Below are positions 18,484 through 27,658 of a DNA stretch of 64,000 nt, one piece after another (position 1 is the stretch's first letter; the number at the start of each line of letters is the position of its first letter). A program made the translations under genes and the position numbers. Location: the IMG/VR virus record IMGVR_UViG_3300031933_000215, positions 167,819 to 231,818 of that record. One strand, 5' to 3'. The notes under the pieces were generated by a model, which had not been told where the DNA came from, ran no database searches, and was given only the letters and a program-made list of their open reading frames with translations.

Positions 18484-18993
18484 TTAATCACCCACGTCCT
18501 CATCCCCGGTAGGAGCCGGACGGACACCATTTTCCTTTTCCTTTTCCATGCGGGCCATGAACTCCTTGTAGGATTCATTGACCACACCCACTTCGGTTTC
18601 ACCTTCCACCAATTGATAATCGCCCAGCTTCTCCACATCCACACTGGGCGGCTGAAGTGACTCGGGTGCTGGTTGTTGGGGCACAACGCCCCCATCGGTC
18701 GAACGCTGGAATGGGTTCTTGTTCTGCTGCATCTGAATGAACTCGCTCATGGCCTCGGCCACCTGTTTCGAGGTGTCGGCGTTGCCTTGGTCGATGTCGT
18801 TCTTCCGATCCATCAACACGGTCTTATCCATATCCCCCAGTGCCTTAAGGACAACGTTCAGTTCCTTGGGGTCACTGGGGATACTGCCCTCACCTACAAA
18901 GTGGTCGACGATGCGTTTTCGCACGCCTTGGCTGTAATTCAATGTCTCGCGATATTCCATGGTGGCATCGCCACCGTCTTTATGTTCAGTCAT
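18484..18993 (-). CDS. Conserved phiKZ-like hypothetical protein
   Basis: 169-aa acidic ORF with coherent helical N-half. Confidence 0.6.
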   Translation of the reverse strand: MTEHKDGGDATMEYRETLNYSQGVRKRIVDHFVGEGSIPSDPKELNVVLKALGDMDKTVLMDRKNDIDQGNADTSKQVAEAMSEFIQMQQNKNPFQRSTDGGVVPQQPAPESLQPPSVDVEKLGDYQLVEGETEVGVVNESYKEFMARMEKEKENGVRPAPTGDEDVGD

Positions 18994-19054
18994 GGGATTC
19001 TCCAGAGAAATTACGGGTTACTCAGACTCTATAGTACTGAAGCCGACTTTAGAC

Positions 19055-19070
19055 CTATATCATCAGTTTG
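19055..19070 (+). promoter_or_regulatory. Early promoter motif variant CTATATCAT
   Basis: One mismatch to the repeated motif; intergenic. Confidence 0.5.
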
Positions 19071-19132
19071 GTATGACCAAACCTAATAACGATGCGGTCT
19101 CGGAGACTTTTGTAAAACCATAGGGGACCTAC

Positions 19133-19633
19133 ATGTTCATACGCGCTTGGCGACTGCGCCGATACCGTCGTCTATTGGAAAACTCATCCTTGGTGGTCAC
19201 CGACAGTGAGACCATCACCAGCGAACTTGAGAAACTGTGGAGGTGCTTAAAACCAGAAGATCTTTTTCCCATTACCACCGAATACCGCACGCAGCAACAC
19301 GTGGCTGTGTGTTATCCCAACCTACCTGCCCTCGTGGCGGCGTTGAAAAACCAAAACCAACTGATCGCGGACGAAGCGGATGCGCAGTTGGAAAGAAGAT
19401 TGGGACAGGACGGACGCGACACCAAGGTGGTCAGCTTGGACTTCTATTTGGCGGACGATCAACATCTCCCCATTGACGAGGTTCAGCTGTTCAACCGGTT
19501 ACGCGGTTTGATCCAAGCCCATCACTGTCTGGTGACTCGGCACACCGGACATTTCTATGAAAGACACAGCGAGATGATCTACAAGGATCTGGTCACTCTC
19601 ATCCATGTGTTGATCAACTCAATCCAGTCATAA
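19133..19633 (+). CDS. Hypothetical protein
   Basis: 166-aa ORF after AGGGGA RBS. Confidence 0.6.
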   Translation: MFIRAWRLRRYRRLLENSSLVVTDSETITSELEKLWRCLKPEDLFPITTEYRTQQHVAVCYPNLPALVAALKNQNQLIADEADAQLERRLGQDGRDTKVVSLDFYLADDQHLPIDEVQLFNRLRGLIQAHHCLVTRHTGHFYERHSEMIYKDLVTLIHVLINSIQS

Positions 19634-19752
19634 CAGAGGTCAAACGATGACATAATGATTCCTATTGCGACTGTATAAAGGCGTCAGTCGCACGTCGTTT
19701 GTGTTTTCACAAACCGGGTCAGTCTGGCCCAGCACCGTAGGGTGATAATAAA

Positions 19753-20508
19753 ATGAATCAAGATGTAAAAGATCTGCTCGCCGATCCCTTAAAAGGAACG
19801 AACCGAGCGCAGGGCATACTGTGTTACCTGTTCCGCAACACCCTGTTGTGGCGCAAGGTCAACCAGTTTACGTGGAACAAGAGGGCAAAGTTATTCTTTG
19901 AAAAACCTCACAACAAAAAGAAGGCCGACAAAGGCAACTTGAACAAGGCATTAACCCACGACGATTTCACGTGGGCCACGTTCAAGAAAGGGGTCGATTT
20001 TCTCAACCCTGTGTCGGCAACACTGACCATACAACTGACGTGGAAAAGCGGTCGGGTCTCGCGTTACCCGATTAAGATTGATCCCGCTGAAGACGAAGCC
20101 GATCCCGAACTGAATACGTTTGGGCCTGAGGAAAGCAACGTGTTCAGCGACATGAAAAAGCCAGCCAACACACTGGCCCGCCTTTTCCGTCGGATTGTTA
20201 CGGAGGAAGAAATCGACGTGATCCGTTGGAACGCGTTGTTGGAGGAATATGTCAAGAACCCATTGCAGGGTGTTCCGCAGACGCGTCAGGAGATCAACAG
20301 TGCGATCAATGCATTGCATCGCGACTTACTCGCCCCACGCATGTCGTGGAACGTGTTCCGGCGAGGCTTGGTGGCCTTGGGACCGAAGCAGGAGGACTAC
20401 ATCCTCGAAATGCGTTGGTCCAAAGATCCCACGGACATCAGTCTGCACACGGTAACCATCCGTGATCCACTATCTATAACACCCCCGTCTAAACGCGATA
20501 AGGGATAA
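19753..20508 (+). CDS. Hypothetical protein made of two tandem homologous domains
   Basis: GILCYLFRNTL...TWATFKKGVDFL vs NTLARLFRRIV...SWNVFRRGLVAL. Confidence 0.65.
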   Translation: MNQDVKDLLADPLKGTNRAQGILCYLFRNTLLWRKVNQFTWNKRAKLFFEKPHNKKKADKGNLNKALTHDDFTWATFKKGVDFLNPVSATLTIQLTWKSGRVSRYPIKIDPAEDEADPELNTFGPEESNVFSDMKKPANTLARLFRRIVTEEEIDVIRWNALLEEYVKNPLQGVPQTRQEINSAINALHRDLLAPRMSWNVFRRGLVALGPKQEDYILEMRWSKDPTDISLHTVTIRDPLSITPPSKRDKG

Positions 20509-20510
20509 TT

Positions 20511-20939
20511 ATGACGGCAGCACTTAGCAGTAGCGTAATCAACATCGCACCACGCACTGACAACCCGCTTGGGCGGGTCTTGGGGTACTATCACAGTGCC
20601 CCTAAGCAGACCATTGACGAACGGACCTTTCACATGTACGCCGGGTATTACTACTACGTGATCACTTCCGGCAACAACCAGCGGTTCTTACGCGCCAAGG
20701 ATACGTCCGAGCTGGCGGTGAAAAATAAGTACAGTTGGGAGAACGTGATTGGACTGGAACGGATGTTGGAGATGACCCTTCAACACAACCTTCGTCAATC
20801 ACCCATGACGGTCGAAATCCTGAAGCAACACCCTGGTCAGATTGTGTGGCGTGAACCCAACCGGGAACTCCGGAACTCGGAGAAACGCTGGTTACGCGTT
20901 GTGCAAAATGTGGTTCATCGGATTCGACAAAAGGACTGA
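20511..20939 (+). CDS. Hypothetical protein
   Basis: 142-aa ORF coupled to the previous gene, followed by a terminator. Confidence 0.6.
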   Translation: MTAALSSSVINIAPRTDNPLGRVLGYYHSAPKQTIDERTFHMYAGYYYYVITSGNNQRFLRAKDTSELAVKNKYSWENVIGLERMLEMTLQHNLRQSPMTVEILKQHPGQIVWREPNRELRNSEKRWLRVVQNVVHRIRQKD

Positions 20940-20944
20940 TAGAA

Positions 20945-20995
20945 GCCAACCCTCCCCATACAGGGGAGGGCTTTTATACCGCCTTTTCTTTTTTG
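20945..20995 (+). terminator. Terminator hairpin
   Basis: CCCTCCCC/GGGGAGGG stem followed by T tracts. Confidence 0.75.
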
Positions 20996-21047
20996 GTGGG
21001 TCTCATCGTATGACCTTTATCAATCAGACACTACATGGGGTTCGCTC

Positions 21048-22109
21048 ATGAGTAAACCAGCAAATACGGCGTTCAATGGTGGTCCCAGCGACGACCTTGA
21101 AGCGGTTGACGTCTACGGAGTGCGTGACCCGGAACGACGCAACAACTACCAAAGTGAAAACAGTGCATTCACCGATTCGTTGAACAACGCGTTCGGGGCT
21201 GCCAAAGGGTACGTTGAGAAAGCGAAAGACTTTGGCGAGGAATACAAAGGAAAAGCTGAGGACTGGGCCCGAGACCAAGGGATCGATCCCAAGCAAGCCG
21301 AACAGAACGTGCGTGGAGCACTAAAGGGTTCGAAACCAGCTTTGGATAAGGTTGGGGAAGACGTCAGTAAAGTCATTCTCGGCGACATCCAAGAAGGGAG
21401 TATGCTGAACGTTCCTGGCAGCGAAGGGAACTACTACAAAGCGTACAAGATCGTCGAGAAAAACATTACCGATGGGGCGGAAGAGGTTAAGAAGCTGACC
21501 AACGTTGATCCGGACAGCGCTCAGAGTGTGATGGACATGGTCAGCGACGTCACCGGTCACCCTTTGGTTCAGGGATCTGATCTGGGTGCCCATGCAGCGG
21601 TCCTTCACGGTGCCATTGAGAAGATGGCTGAATGGGGTGTGCCTGAACTGATCGACGAAACCCTGAAGAAAATCAAAGACGACGATCTTCGACGGGAAGT
21701 GGCTCGGCGCAGCGCCAGTAAACTGGTGCGGGCTGGAAACATCGACATGGTGGAAAGTGCCATCAAGAACGTTGGGGCGTCGGCATTGGTTGCTGAGAAC
21801 CCGCGCTTGCCCCAACAGGTGCTTCAGATGTACCAGTTCAAAGCCAAGACCACTCCGGCGGATTACCCCGAGCTGTTGACCCAACTGGTGTGGTGTATGG
21901 ACCGTCTCCAACCCAATTGGTTCTGGACACAACGAGCCGGCCAAGACGTTTGGAATTTGGCCACTTTGGTACGCATCAGTGACGATGCACGGGAGTTGTT
22001 GAGCAGCGATGAAACGTATCGGTCCCCAGCGATCACCGCTCAGTTCTTTCCGGAGCGTACCACCACCAACCTACTGCGAACCATGTACCCAGGCATTGCA
22101 TTGGTGTAA
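21048..22109 (+). CDS. Virion structural (tail/baseplate) protein of phiKZ type
   Basis: Starts with F.GGP.D.L.AVDVY; lies convergent with the protease gene as in phiKZ-like genomes. Confidence 0.55.
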   Translation: MSKPANTAFNGGPSDDLEAVDVYGVRDPERRNNYQSENSAFTDSLNNAFGAAKGYVEKAKDFGEEYKGKAEDWARDQGIDPKQAEQNVRGALKGSKPALDKVGEDVSKVILGDIQEGSMLNVPGSEGNYYKAYKIVEKNITDGAEEVKKLTNVDPDSAQSVMDMVSDVTGHPLVQGSDLGAHAAVLHGAIEKMAEWGVPELIDETLKKIKDDDLRREVARRSASKLVRAGNIDMVESAIKNVGASALVAENPRLPQQVLQMYQFKAKTTPADYPELLTQLVWCMDRLQPNWFWTQRAGQDVWNLATLVRISDDARELLSSDETYRSPAITAQFFPERTTTNLLRTMYPGIALV

Positions 22110-22111
22110 AC

Positions 22112-22200
22112 ACATAGCGGCACCCTGCGGGGTGCCTTTATGTCGTGTCGGCATAACTCCCCTCCCTTGTGGGGAGGGGAACACACCGATGGTATTTTTT
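22112..22200. terminator. Two back-to-back terminator hairpins
   Basis: GGCACCC/GGGTGCC with TTTATGTCG, then CATAA-CTCCCCTCCC/GGGGAGGGG and a T tract. Confidence 0.75.
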
Positions 22201-22201
22201 T

Positions 22202-22969
22202 TTACCAACGATCGTACACCGGCTTGGTCTTAGGCTTGTGGCCCTTGTCCCAACCCAGGTCTTTAGCCAGCGCTTCGTAGTCCGTCCCGCTGGATTCCAT
22301 GCCCATGGCGCGTTGACGTTTCTGTTCGTCCGCCAGCGACCACAACATGGTGGGGGTGATTTCCACTTCGTCGAAACTTTCCAGAGCCGGAGAGTAATAC
22401 TTGTTGGCTCGGAAAATACCCCCTTCGTTGACCATGTCCCAGGTCACGATTTCCTTGGTGTATTTGATGCCCCGCATCATGTCGTCCATGGTCAGACTGC
22501 GGACGGAGAAATACACATTCTCGTGGGGGTTGTCCAATGCATCTTTCAGGACTTGGCCGTAAGGACCGGAGGGACGTACCTCACCGATCACCACCGTGAT
22601 GGGGCGACCTTTCTCATCCTTGTGACCTTCTTCGAGCCTCAGGGACCGAATGTGGTGAGATACCCGATCGGAATCGATCTGACGAATGCGGCCGATGTAT
22701 TCCCGGTCGTCCTGACCCGGTTGTTTTTCCGGGTGCTTGTACTCGCCTCGCAACACGCCTTTCTCCAGCATGCGCATCAATGGGGAGCCCGGTTGGAAGA
22801 ACGGTCGGGCCGAGGCCAGGTCATAAAACATACCCATACTGTTGAAGGCCCCGTAGGCGCCCAGTACGACCGTGTAGTAGCCGTCAGCGTCGGGCTTTAA
22901 AACCCCTTTCTTTTCCGTACCCAGAAGCATGGTACAACCCATGCGTACGGAGCGTTGTGATTGAGTCAT
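22202..22969 (-). CDS. Prohead (head maturation) protease, phiKZ gp175-like
   Basis: KGVLKPDADGYY..VLG, LRGEYKHP, VSHHIR, V.PSGPYG, FSVRS and IVTWDMVNEGGI motifs. Confidence 0.85.
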   Translation of the reverse strand: MTQSQRSVRMGCTMLLGTEKKGVLKPDADGYYTVVLGAYGAFNSMGMFYDLASARPFFQPGSPLMRMLEKGVLRGEYKHPEKQPGQDDREYIGRIRQIDSDRVSHHIRSLRLEEGHKDEKGRPITVVIGEVRPSGPYGQVLKDALDNPHENVYFSVRSLTMDDMMRGIKYTKEIVTWDMVNEGGIFRANKYYSPALESFDEVEITPTMLWSLADEQKRQRAMGMESSGTDYEALAKDLGWDKGHKPKTKPVYDRW

Positions 22970-22981
22970 AATCGTTGTTCC

Positions 22982-23209
22982 TTAATAACGTCGCGGGTGA
23001 TCGATCGGCCAATGAATGACCACCGAGTACCCACGAAAATCACGATACCGCCGCCCGCCGGTGTTGGTTTTACCCGCGTTTATCCAGCGCCGTCCCGACG
23101 GGCTGTGACCGTCGTTCCACCAGAACCGATCGTGCACGTAACTGATGAACACCAGCCCGCACAGCAGTACTAGTAATGAACCGATGACAATGTTCATGAA
23201 TTGAACCAT
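22982..23209 (-). CDS. Small membrane protein
   Basis: N-terminal TM helix; RBS GAGGA. Confidence 0.5.
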   Translation of the reverse strand: MVQFMNIVIGSLLVLLCGLVFISYVHDRFWWNDGHSPSGRRWINAGKTNTGGRRYRDFRGYSVVIHWPIDHPRRY

Positions 23210-23215
23210 GTATCC

Positions 23216-24091
23216 TCACTTTACTGATTTGTCGATCAGTTTGGCAATGGATTTGATCAATGCGTCACGACACAGGTACAGTTCGGTATACCCCGGGTTG
23301 ACGAATTTGTCGATTTTGATCAACTCTTCGTGCCACGGGTTGCCTACCGGTACAGGATTTCGGAAAGAGGGACTTGAACCGACCTTTCCGAAAAACGCCA
23401 TGTAGTTTTCTGCCTGCATTTCGAATTCGCGGTCGTTCATCTCGAACAACTGGAGTATCAACTGCGCTGCTTGCTTGACTCCTTTTTTGTCGAGTGTTGG
23501 GAGTTCGGAAACAGACGGTTTAACCGCCAGATCGTAAACCGCTTCAATCGACGTAACGTCACCTTTATTGAGGTCGATACCACCAGCATCAACTTTCAGT
23601 TTTGGTTTGATGGGTTTTTCAAACAAATCAAAATAACCACCCACCCACATGTGAGTTGCCGGCGTGAGATTATCTTTCCAATTGGGCTTGTTCAGGATGC
23701 CAATTATTGCTTTGCTTTTCCGGACAACATCGCCCACTTTTTTGTAATGCGCGTCCAACTGGGTCTTATGTTGCTGTACCGACTTTTCAAGAAGGTCTAA
23801 AACACTTCTAGGTTTACGACCCTTATCGAAAAGCAGAACACCCTCTTTACCAAACGACACCGGACCTTCGACGTATGACTGTTTATCCAGCCACCCATCG
23901 TTCAGGTAGTTAGATCGAAGTGCCTGTTCATTGTCTGCCTTCATTCGAGGCTTTTCGTCCACATCGGGTTTCTTTCTCTTTGTTTTTAAGAAATCAAAAA
24001 ACCCTTCCATGGAAGGTTGGACAATATCGGTAACCAGTTGTCCGTCTTTAAAACTCGTTGACTGGCGTGTCAACCATGATTGAATATCCAC
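23216..24091 (-). CDS. Putative head protein with protease site (SME-GFFDFLK)
   Basis: 291-aa ORF, visibly AT-rich, with an S-x-E motif at residue ~29. Confidence 0.55.
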   Translation of the reverse strand: MDIQSWLTRQSTSFKDGQLVTDIVQPSMEGFFDFLKTKRKKPDVDEKPRMKADNEQALRSNYLNDGWLDKQSYVEGPVSFGKEGVLLFDKGRKPRSVLDLLEKSVQQHKTQLDAHYKKVGDVVRKSKAIIGILNKPNWKDNLTPATHMWVGGYFDLFEKPIKPKLKVDAGGIDLNKGDVTSIEAVYDLAVKPSVSELPTLDKKGVKQAAQLILQLFEMNDREFEMQAENYMAFFGKVGSSPSFRNPVPVGNPWHEELIKIDKFVNPGYTELYLCRDALIKSIAKLIDKSVK

Positions 24092-24096
24092 GTTTA

Positions 24097-24816
24097 TTAC
24101 GTCCTTAACAGTTCTTCGATCCGTTCGACCCGCTCACTCGGATTGACCAAGGCTGAGCTGATGCTGTCCCCGAAATACGCCCCGATCAATTTACTGGTCG
24201 TGTCGGAAGTGTTCCAGATGACGCTTCGGAATGGGACAATGGCCGGTGGGTTGGTTTCGATGTCCTTCGGTTTGCTCAAGACATGTCGATACAACGTGGT
24301 GTAATCGTTTCGATCCCGGGCGATGGTCGAGGCAATCAAGTCCAGGATGGCGCGGTTACCCAGGTTTACCCCGGCGTGTTCTTCAGCGGTCTCAAAGATG
24401 CGGGCCAGATCGTAATAGTTGAAATACCAAGGGATGCGACCCTTGGCGATGTGCTCGTCGTAAATGTAGTACGTCAAGGTGTCGTTCTTCACCAGGTCGG
24501 TGGAGTAGAACACCCGGTCCCCAGGTTCAAAGCTGAACTCCAGGTAATTGTCACCATTTACCTCAACCGTGTCGGTCGAGCTGGGCACAATGCGGATCAT
24601 CGCGTCGGTGATGGAGACTCCATAGTAGGAGTCCTCCATGATGATCGCAAAGAAACCCAGGATGTGTACCTCGTTACCGATGCTCGCCAGATGGCGCGTC
24701 AGATAGCGCTCAGGGACGTGAATCTTACAGGCGGTGTCTGTGTAGACACCGCCGTCTTCACGCTCTTGTAGGCGCTCCCAGACCCGCTCAGGCGCTCTCT
24801 GATACCTGGGCTTCAT
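24097..24816 (-). CDS. Virion RNA polymerase beta-prime C-terminal subunit (phiKZ gp176 / SPN3US gp244-like)
   Basis: Position between the gp177-like head protein and the protease matches conserved synteny; size 239 aa. Confidence 0.65.
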   Translation of the reverse strand: MKPRYQRAPERVWERLQEREDGGVYTDTACKIHVPERYLTRHLASIGNEVHILGFFAIIMEDSYYGVSITDAMIRIVPSSTDTVEVNGDNYLEFSFEPGDRVFYSTDLVKNDTLTYYIYDEHIAKGRIPWYFNYYDLARIFETAEEHAGVNLGNRAILDLIASTIARDRNDYTTLYRHVLSKPKDIETNPPAIVPFRSVIWNTSDTTSKLIGAYFGDSISSALVNPSERVERIEELLRT

Positions 24817-26329
24817 CCGTTACCGCTCCTTCTTCCTCAGGTTGGGGTTCAGGCTGGCGTGTTTCCTGATGCTCAATGCGAGCTTCGAACCGGTTGGCGG
24901 TGACCTGGGACGACAACCACGAGGCAGTCATCTCAATGGCCGCAACCGTGGCCACCTCACGTGGAGGCAGGTCGCTGTGGTCCTGCGCCACCTGATCCAT
25001 GGTTTCCAGGAATTCCAGGAACGGGGAGCCTGGGTAATAGATACCACACACCAGACGGGTCACGGTGCGGGGAATGTCGTCGAGGTCTTCTTCCCGCAGG
25101 GCGTCCACCTGCTGGTTTACCCGCTGCTCCAGTTCGGACACCGACAGCTTGGTTTCCGGAAGCAGTTCCTTCACGTCGTACGACGGGTGCAGGAACATGA
25201 ACCGCAGCTCTTCCCGACGCTGACGCAGGTAGTTGGTCAACTTGGCCTGACGGATCAGGTAATGCTTGCGTTCCCACACCTGGGTCAGCCCGTTTTCACG
25301 CCCTTCGAAGTCTTTGGCATGCAGACGGTTGGGTTCGGAGACCGCTGCGCCCAGCAGGACCTTCACGTCCCCACCTTGTTCCAGCCAGTCCGGGTAGACG
25401 TCGCCGTTCACGTGAACGATCACCCGACCACGACGGATCGCATCGTCCGCTTCGTAGGAGATCACCACGCGCTGGCGTTGACGGTCCCGCGCCCGACGTT
25501 CGTACGCACGGCACAGGGACGCACCCAAGAACCGATGCAGGGTCGCCATCGTTTCTTCCCACTCTTCCAGTGACACGCTTTCGCCGTTCACTTCCTGCGG
25601 GTTCGCACAGAGGTACGAGGTGATGAAGTACGCCGCCAGCAGTTTGTCCACGTTGAACGGCATCCGACCCAGGCTCACCAGGTCCAGCGAGTGTGGGTTG
25701 ATTTCCCGTGACGCGCCGAACAGCTGCAGCCAGACCGCTTCCATGTCGTCCGCACCCACGTTTTCCAACGCCCACTTCTTCACCAGCTCCGCGTCCACGT
25801 GGTTGGTGTGGGACATCCATTCGATCATGGTCTCAACGCTGGGGGTTGGGACCAGGAACGTCCGATACGTGTCCCGGCCACGGATGTTGTGGTAACTATG
25901 CACGTGTTCGGTCAGGGCCGGTTCGTTGTGAATGGCGTGGTAATTGAACGGGGTGATTTCGATGTGGGCCAGACGCTTCTGGTCACTGGATTCCTCGAAC
26001 CGTTGACGCTGCATCTTACACACGGGCACCACTTTGGAACGCACGGTGTTGAGCATGGATTCCAGGCCATGGGCCATCAGATCCACCAGCCGGTCGTGCT
26101 CGGCTTCAACCATCTCGGACGGACTTTCGTGGTACTCACGGAACATTTCCGTGATGCGATCGTAGTCGCCCGGGTTCAACGGCTTGAATTCGGCGTCCAC
26201 CGGGATGCGGAAGTGATCCGCCATGACCCCGACCGGCAGGTGACTGCCTTTGGGGGTCAGAATGATGTTGTTCTGCGTCAGGGTTTCAGCCACCGGACGA
26301 GCAACGCTGAGAGTCGTTGGTTTAAACAT
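24788..26329 (-). CDS. Head protein associated with the vRNAP cluster (phiKZ gp177 / SPN3US gp243-like)
   Basis: ATG 26329 after TAAGGAG; lies in the vRNAP operon. Confidence 0.65.
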   Translation of the reverse strand: MFKPTTLSVARPVAETLTQNNIILTPKGSHLPVGVMADHFRIPVDAEFKPLNPGDYDRITEMFREYHESPSEMVEAEHDRLVDLMAHGLESMLNTVRSKVVPVCKMQRQRFEESSDQKRLAHIEITPFNYHAIHNEPALTEHVHSYHNIRGRDTYRTFLVPTPSVETMIEWMSHTNHVDAELVKKWALENVGADDMEAVWLQLFGASREINPHSLDLVSLGRMPFNVDKLLAAYFITSYLCANPQEVNGESVSLEEWEETMATLHRFLGASLCRAYERRARDRQRQRVVISYEADDAIRRGRVIVHVNGDVYPDWLEQGGDVKVLLGAAVSEPNRLHAKDFEGRENGLTQVWERKHYLIRQAKLTNYLRQRREELRFMFLHPSYDVKELLPETKLSVSELEQRVNQQVDALREEDLDDIPRTVTRLVCGIYYPGSPFLEFLETMDQVAQDHSDLPPREVATVAAIEMTASWLSSQVTANRFEARIEHQETRQPEPQPEEEGAVTDEAQVSESA

Positions 26330-26342
26330 GTGACTGGTCTCC

Positions 26343-26546
26343 TTAACCGCCGAACCGCTTGGCCATCCGCGCGGCCAACAGTTCTTGAATGTCTTTGGTG
26401 CTTTGGGTCTCACCCGCAATCTGGGTGGAGGCGGCATCGCCGCCCATCACCTTTTGCAGGGCACTGGCGCCCAGTTCGATCCCGGCGGAAATCACCGCCA
26501 GGTTCTCACCGTACGCGCTATCAAGACTTCTCTTTGTTTCGGACAT
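26343..26546 (-). CDS. Small protein in vRNAP operon
   Basis: ATG 26546 after GAGGA; fills the gap between the beta gene and the head protein gene. Confidence 0.5.
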   Translation of the reverse strand: MSETKRSLDSAYGENLAVISAGIELGASALQKVMGGDAASTQIAGETQSTKDIQELLAARMAKRFGG

Positions 26547-27658
26547 CGGTAGTTCCTCTATAGACAGCTGCGATGTGTTTGGATAGAGCATAGAGCAACG
26601 CATTGGTTGTGCCCATCAGTTTGGGCGACAGCACAATCCGATCCTCAATACTGGTGTTGCCGAAGACGGCGTCGATGGGTTCTCCAGACTCGGTGGTATT
26701 GGTGCCGGTCATGACCCGCGAGAACACCGTTTTCATCTGGTTGCCGAATACACCCTTATCCCCAACAGCAGCCCCCACATCGTGATCGATGTAGATACGC
26801 AGGGCCACAGTGTCCGGGTCGAGGGCTTTCCCCTTAATGCGGAAACTGGTGTCCACCTGACCGGTAAAGGCCGGTTCACCCAGCGCCTTGGCACGACGCT
26901 TGCGTTTCCGATCGCTGGCGACGGCCAGCGTTTGCAGGTTTTCTGACAGGTCCTCGAACTCGCCGTGGTAGAAAACTTCCACCCGACTGACGGTACCGGT
27001 CACCTTAGCCCGGGGCGTCATGGCGGACAACCGACGAAGCGTGTCCATGGCGGCATCATCGAACAGCTGATTTTCAGCCGTTTCCGGATCTTCAATAGTG
27101 CATAGGATTGAGTCAATGTCGACGTGATCGCCTTCTTTGACCAAATCGTGCACGTACTGATCGAACCGAACTTCCACCGTCCGGGTTTCCGTAGTTTGGG
27201 TGGTCAACTTCTTCGCCGCTTCTTGCGAAATCGCCGAGCCGTCTTCCAAGGTGTCGATGTTGTCGATCAAAGCGGTCCGACACATCACCCCACCTTTCCA
27301 TACCACCTGGCCTGGGTTGAGGTGATCGGGGGTAAAGAACTTCTTGTTGTACGCCACGATATCCCCAGCTTTGACCTTACTGCCTTCTTTCAGGTCGGTT
27401 ACCACTTCGTGCGGGTAGGTTACCCCCGCCGCCGTGCCGTGTCGTTTACCCAACTCCACATGAAGCTTTTCACCATCCTTGTATTCAATCACCACCGACT
27501 GCTTGGATACGCTCACCACCTTCCCGTCTTGCTCGGCGGTCGCAGCGAAGATGTCACTGGTGCGATGAGCCACAACTTGCTCGTACCCAGTCCGCAGTGG
27601 CGTGGGCTCGTACCCGTCAGCGAACACCCCTTGTTGCTGCTGGATGGCAACAAAGTTA
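26521..27658 (-). CDS. rpoB: Virion RNA polymerase beta subunit N-terminal gene (phiKZ gp178-like), exon 2
   Basis: Continues ...R-I-NFVAIQQQQG after splicing. Contains the beta sandwich-barrel region, VGDKGVFGNQMKT and IDAVFG (bacterial GDK...GNKG..., D....N). Confidence 0.88.
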
